Assembly: GCF_028641065.1 (NCBI RefSeq) | Contig: NC_073387.1 | Span: 21,948,001 to 22,012,000 of the forward strand | Origin: Leucoraja erinacea | Lineage: Eukaryota | Direction of reading: 5' to 3' | Length of the DNA stretch: 64,000 nucleotides | In this document: positions 58,607 through 64,000 of the stretch, one piece after another | How the letters are laid out: the number at the start of each line of letters is the position of its first letter | How positions within the stretch are numbered: the first letter of the stretch is position 1 | The notes under the pieces: generated by a model | Database searches by the model: none | What the model was told of the DNA's origin: nothing | Seen by the model: only the letters and a program-made list of their open reading frames with translations | Translations under genes and position numbers: made by a program

Positions 58607-61140
58607 CAGTTCGTTTCAATAACTACAGTTGTAATTCTTAAAGCTGGACTGTTCCCCTAAATATTTAACGGTCTACAACCATAACCTCCAATTCCTGCAA
58701 ATAACGGTTCGATTTGTTTTCAACATTTAACTTTGATAGTCAAAGCAGACACGTACTGAGTGCATTGTGACCTGAAAATCCTTGTTACTATCTGAAAGGA
58801 TCCATTCGCTCAAAACATGAACAACATTTTTCTGTGCTTCTGAGAATGAATACATAATATTTGATTAAAATATTATGTGGAAACACTCTCTACATCATAT
58901 GTTGGGCTCTGGCAATTGCAATTCAGATTTGAAACGAAATATATTTATTTTGAAACTTCGTACGATTTTGTTCTTCACTGCTGGGGTCCATTAATGGAAG
59001 TTGCTGCAATCTAAAACTAAATACACGGTGCTGCAGGAAGGCAGTGGGGGACGCAGCACCTGCAATCGATCGAATAAGGGGCCTGTACCGGATCGTTGAC
59101 TGTCCATTTCCCCGACCCATTGCGTTCCTCCAATACTTTGTTTTGAGAGAGTTTCTTATTGCTTTATTGTAAGTATATGAGGAGATTCTTTGTAGTGTCA
59201 CGTTTCTTAAAGAATTGTAGTGCCACTTTCCTTAAAGCTGGATTTAGTGAACATGTCGCTTTCAACGGTACCAACAGGTGAAGGAATTTTGTCTTTCAAG
59301 TAAGGTGTTCATGGGGAAAGATTATTCAGCTCCAAATCAAATAGAGTTGATTGTCAGGTGCATCTTTTACCATCACAAATCAGAAAGTAAATTTGGATTG
59401 ATTCTGTCAGGAGTGTCTGCATTTGTGTACGCGTTTTAATTCAGAGAATCAGGCTGATAGAATGGGAAGACTCGTACAAAGGTGTCAGTGGGAGGTTGAG
59501 CACAGGAAAATTGGACGATTTGTGAATTCCTATTTACTTTGTGCCCCTTTGTTTCATTGTGCACTTCTTCCAAACATTCCCTTCGTGCAATTTACATATA
59601 CGCGACTCAATGTCGCATTGATCCTCAGAGGTGTATTGTATTATTTATACCACTAGATGTGGGCGTTCTATCGAAATCACTTCGGTTGCAGAACGACACA
59701 GAATATGATTCAAGACTATATTGACCCATGCATGAAATCTCATCTACGAAGAAAAAAACACAAATGGCTTCAAACATTCATCAGGTCACAGATTATATGA
59801 GGAAAGAGAACAATTAAATGGTCAGTTCTGGGCCCTTCATCAGAATTGCAAACCAATGAATATGTTTTAGTTTTCAATAGCAGTGTGAATGGGGAATTAA
59901 GGATAGAACATACTAATATATTTCAGAAATTTAAACTAAATGGCATTCGCAGCGGCAAGGATAGCAGTTGGGACAAGATTATACTAAATTGCTTCTACTG
60001 TAGGTTGCATGACGTTTCTGATTTGTGAGTTCTACAGACACACGATAATGAGTGAGAGGCAAGGTATTGCTGAGAGTTGAAGGAAATAAGGATATTTTGG
60101 GGCTATAAGAAAATAGTTCTTTAAAAATGGAAGCTAGTGGTGACATTTGCATATGGCACGTTTGCGCTCATCAGCGTAGGTTGGGAATACAATAGTTGAG
60201 ATATCCTGTTATGGCTGAACAAATCACTGCTTTGGCCGCATTTGAAGTATTGTGCACAGTTCTGGTCTGAACGTCATTGGTAGGCGAGCTGGAACTCCTG
60301 ATTGCAATATTTTCAGTTATATTCCCATTCCAATGCAGTCTCTATGTCCTCAGTTTACTCCATACGCAGAGGGAGGTCATATACAAACTGAAATACCGGC
60401 ACCCTATATTCCGCTTGTGTGGCCTACAATCCAAAGGCATGAACATGCATTGTTCCAACTGTAGATTACCGTCTGCCCACCTCCTTCTCCTGCTGATCCA
60501 TAAGGGTGCTCACATTCACATCCTCTTCTACCCGTCGTACTGTTTCGCATGAGCCTTGCCTGCCCATACTTCTATAGTTTCTTTCGTACATTCCCTTCTT
60601 ATCGGATTCCACCATCTCGTTCTCCTTTTTCATATCTTAACTCCCGCCTATGTGACCATCTCCATCCGTTGTTTTCCATCTGCCAGCCAAGTTTTCCTTT
60701 CCTGTATTCAACTTGCCGGCACTTGCCTCGCCATTTTCATTTACCGCTTTCTGCCAGCTAATACTTCCCTAGTCCAGATTGGAGGCATGGGGCAACCTGA
60801 AACGTTAGCTATCCATATCCCAGCTCACTTCGGGGCCCACCTGATGAGTTTCCCGCCAGATCATTTTATCTATCAGCTTTCGCATCTTGTGTTTCTCATT
60901 CACTTTATATTTTCATTTCCGTCTTCTAAGTTTGTTATTTAGTTATTTGCTCTGTACCTATCAGCATTTCATATGGAATATGCTGACGTCGAATTCTTTA
61001 TCGTATATTTTACTTTAGGCAAGTAAATGTATTTAGCATCCTTAATGTGATTGATCCAGCAGCAATGTATATATGTATGTCGTTCAATAATAAGCAATAT
61101 CATTTGATCAGAGTTGACAGATACCTCTCAGACGATGGGC

Positions 61141-61146
61141 TTTATT
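61141..61146 (-). terminator. Candidate AATAAA for unit 9
   Basis: About 164 nt downstream of the stop at 61310. Confidence 0.45.
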
Positions 61147-61309
61147 TGCTAAAAGTTATATATTCGTTACCATGACAACAAATGCTCACTTTAAATGAAA
61201 TAGAAAACATGCACAATATTTTCTTAAATATTTCACTCACGAATTATTCATATGCCTCGAGAGTAAAATGACCACAAATAAGATGCGCCTTCCTTGAGCA
61301 TACGCATCA

Positions 61310-63688
61310 TTAGGCCTGAGACGTGGGAGCGCCGCATGGCTTCAAGAAGAGGAAATCACTTTTCGCTGACTCTGGAGACAGGCAGACCGAGTATTGGTGC
61401 GGCTCCGGTACGCGGACAACCCGGCCTGTCCCGGGATAGCGTAAAGTTTCCTCTATAGCAGGTCTTCCATTAAACGTGCCGTGCAACTCTCCACGATTGT
61501 AACAATAACTGGGGGTGTTATACCCTTGGATAATACTTCTGTCCTGTTTGCACTTGATGCCAATCAACAGAACGATAATCAGAAGAAACACAACGGAAGT
61601 GCAACTGAAAATTATGATAAAGTAAACATTTGGATCAGAGAAATATTCTGGATTCTTCACAAAGGTGCTGCTTTCGGTGATTCCTTCAGTGATGTTCTCC
61701 AAAACTCGAATGTTCATTGTAACTGTACTGGACAGGCTTGGCTGCCCATTGTCCTTGACCAAGATGACCAGAGTCTGTAAACCAATATCGGACTGCAAAA
61801 TGTTGCGACTAGTTCTGATTTCACCGGAAATCTTCCCAACGTTGAACAAAGTGGGATCGGTAGATTTCACCATCTGATGAAAGAGTCGTGAGTTCTGACC
61901 AGAATCTGCATCTGTAGCTATTATTTTGGTGACCAAATAACCTTGACCCGCTGATTGGGGCACGATCTCCGTTGCCACTGATCCACTCTGTTCTAAAGGC
62001 GAAACAATTACCGGCGCGTTGTCATTTTGATCCAGGATGATGACATTCACCGTGGCGCTGCTGCTTAACGGAGGCACCCCACCATCACGGGCTTGTACAT
62101 TGATCTGGAAGTTCTTGAGTTCCTCATAGTCGAAAGAACGCAGCGCGTAAATAGTACCGTTCATTGGGTTAATAGACAGGTAAGTGGATACTGGCAGGGT
62201 TTGGATCCGATTGTCCCCAAAAGAGTAAGAGATATAGGAATTCTGCTCCTGATCAGCATCTAGTGCAATTAGTGCAAAAATGGATGCACCCGGAGCACTA
62301 TTCTCCGTCACATATACGTTGTAGGATGATTCAGAAAACCGCGGGGCGTTATCGTTTATATCGGTTATTGCAATATGTATAGTTTTATTTGACGACAGTG
62401 AAGGCGATCCCAAGTCCCATGCTGAAATTGGTAATGTGTACTCAGAAATTACTTCACGGTCCAACGTTTCACTGGTAACCAATTTATAATGGCTCGATGC
62501 TGTTTGTAGTCTAAAAGGAACATTCTGAGGCAACTCGCAGCGGACTTGACCATTCACTCCAGAATCACGATCAATAACATCAATGAACATAATGAATGTT
62601 CCTGGTGGAGCATTTTCCGGGATTTTGGTGGAGGCTGATGTCAGCTTTATCTCGGGTGCGTTATCATTCACGTCAGTTATTTTGATCAGCACATTTGCGT
62701 GCCCAGTAATTGGAGGTGAACCATTATCCATAGCTTGAATATCGAGAGAATAGCTAGTTGCTTCTTCAAAATCCAGCGGTCCTTCTACACGGATCTCTCC
62801 ATTATGTGGGTCTAATCTGAATAAATTACCCACTCTTCGCAAAGTAACATCACTAAAAGTGTACGTCAGCTCCGCGTTCAGACCTTCGTCCGCGTCATTT
62901 GCATTGACTTTCATCACAATGGCACCTTGCCGAGCGTTCTCACTTAAGCTGCCCCTGTAATTATCTCGATCGAACACTGGTGGATTATCATTATTGTCCA
63001 ATACAGTAATGAGAACTTGAGCTGTGCCTGATCTCTGAGGTATCCCACCGTCAGTCGCCGTAAGCAAGAGTTGATATGATGATTGGACTTCTCGGTCTAA
63101 ATATTTCTCTAACAGTAACTCAGCTACCATAATACCATCTTCTTTTGTATGCGTTTTTATACTAAAGTGCTCATTGGAACTGATTGTGTAGGCGGTGACA
63201 GTATTTATTCCAATATCGGGATCGTCCGCGCTCTCAAGGCGGAAACGTACTCCGGGTGCAATCGCTTCAGATATCTGCAAGGCGATGCTTCCGTCATCGA
63301 AATTGGGAGGATTGTCATTTACATCGAGAATCTCTACTTCCCCGCGGTACACCTCCGAGGGATTTTCTAGTGTTGTTTTAAAATATATAGTACACATTTC
63401 GGTGTGCCTACAAATACCTTCCCTGTCGATTCTTTCACGAATAGATAATACCCCATTGTCTAAACCAACCTTCATGTACCGTCCACCGTCATCAGAGCCG
63501 AGTCGCAATTTGCGAGCTGATAATTGCCGCACGTTCAGACCCAGATCTTGTGCGAGATTTCCAACAAAAGCGCCTTCTTCCATTTCCTCCGGAATAGAAT
63601 AACGAAGTTGCCCGGTGATTAGATGCGGTGCACATACCAGTAACATACACGTAAACACATTGCAGGCAAACCTCAGTAGGTACGCCAT
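61310..63688 (-). CDS. Clustered protocadherin (gamma-C5-like), unit 9, 792 aa
   Basis: Intact ORF from ATG 63688 (MAYLLRFACNVF...) with EC1-6, TM and tail ending SDFLFLKPCGAPTSQA. Confidence 0.95.
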   Translation of the reverse strand: MAYLLRFACNVFTCMLLVCAPHLITGQLRYSIPEEMEEGAFVGNLAQDLGLNVRQLSARKLRLGSDDGGRYMKVGLDNGVLSIRERIDREGICRHTEMCTIYFKTTLENPSEVYRGEVEILDVNDNPPNFDDGSIALQISEAIAPGVRFRLESADDPDIGINTVTAYTISSNEHFSIKTHTKEDGIMVAELLLEKYLDREVQSSYQLLLTATDGGIPQRSGTAQVLITVLDNNDNPPVFDRDNYRGSLSENARQGAIVMKVNANDADEGLNAELTYTFSDVTLRRVGNLFRLDPHNGEIRVEGPLDFEEATSYSLDIQAMDNGSPPITGHANVLIKITDVNDNAPEIKLTSASTKIPENAPPGTFIMFIDVIDRDSGVNGQVRCELPQNVPFRLQTASSHYKLVTSETLDREVISEYTLPISAWDLGSPSLSSNKTIHIAITDINDNAPRFSESSYNVYVTENSAPGASIFALIALDADQEQNSYISYSFGDNRIQTLPVSTYLSINPMNGTIYALRSFDYEELKNFQINVQARDGGVPPLSSSATVNVIILDQNDNAPVIVSPLEQSGSVATEIVPQSAGQGYLVTKIIATDADSGQNSRLFHQMVKSTDPTLFNVGKISGEIRTSRNILQSDIGLQTLVILVKDNGQPSLSSTVTMNIRVLENITEGITESSTFVKNPEYFSDPNVYFIIIFSCTSVVFLLIIVLLIGIKCKQDRSIIQGYNTPSYCYNRGELHGTFNGRPAIEETLRYPGTGRVVRVPEPHQYSVCLSPESAKSDFLFLKPCGAPTSQA

Positions 63689-63932
63689 TGTTCCGTAGTC
63701 AGCGAATGTCCAAAACCAAGCCTCTCTTCGGGTAATCCGTAAAAAAATTCTTATTACAAGATAATGTAAGTCATATATATTCTGAAAGCCGTAAGGAAAC
63801 ACACTGTAAATCTATCTTCCCCAGCTTGATCCCACCATCAAAACGCAGGCACTGCTCGCCTTTCTCGTCGCGTCTGACGTTTTTGTTCTGGGCAGTGGGA
63901 GGGGCAATGGATCCATCTATGCACTTGAGCTT

Positions 63933-63956
63933 CTCATTGGTAGACAGCGACACGAC
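63933..63956 (-). promoter_or_regulatory. Protocadherin promoter CSE (CGCT box)
   Basis: Exact 24-mer, about 258 bp upstream of ATG 63688. Confidence 0.85.
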
Positions 63957-64000
63957 CAGTTCTTTTTAATAACTACAGTTGCAATTCTTAAAGCTGGACT

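Larger units (their letters stand above)
45490..61740 (+). repeat. Segmental duplication, copy B (paralog of about 575-16500)
   Basis: See copy A. The copies share old insertions and differ by copy-specific LINEs and deletions. Confidence 0.9.

Noticed and set aside
1-64000. Protocadherin constant exons, tRNA/rRNA genes, CRISPR arrays or prokaryotic systems
   Set aside because: None recognised. The periodic repeats are gene-unit duplications, not repeat-spacer arrays.

Overview
Eukaryotic (vertebrate) DNA, most likely a cartilaginous fish such as a skate or ray; this is inferred from the CR1, Rex1 and Penelope-like repeat content and is not proven. The window is a minus-strand tandem array of clustered-protocadherin (gamma-C5-like) large exons, each encoding signal peptide, six cadherin repeats (EC1-6), a TM helix and a short tail. 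It holds six complete ORFs of 792-794 aa, one ORF cut by the left window edge, one full-length pseudogene, one 3'-only pseudogene and two old degenerate fragments. Every exon that retains its 5' end has its own near-invariant CGCT-box/CSE promoter element about 230-260 bp upstream of the ATG. All complete ORFs stop about 10 codons after the FLFLKP motif, with no visible splice donor before the stop and usually an AATAAA about 150-165 nt downstream, so they look like stand-alone single-exon genes. A roughly 16-kb block is duplicated about 45 kb away, and both of its boundaries fall inside exons, producing chimeric genes. Between 30.8 and 33 kb lie a TIR-bounded GC-rich element carrying a collapsed ZFP36/TIS11-family gene fragment and a nested MITE, followed by a near-perfect 308-bp-arm palindrome.
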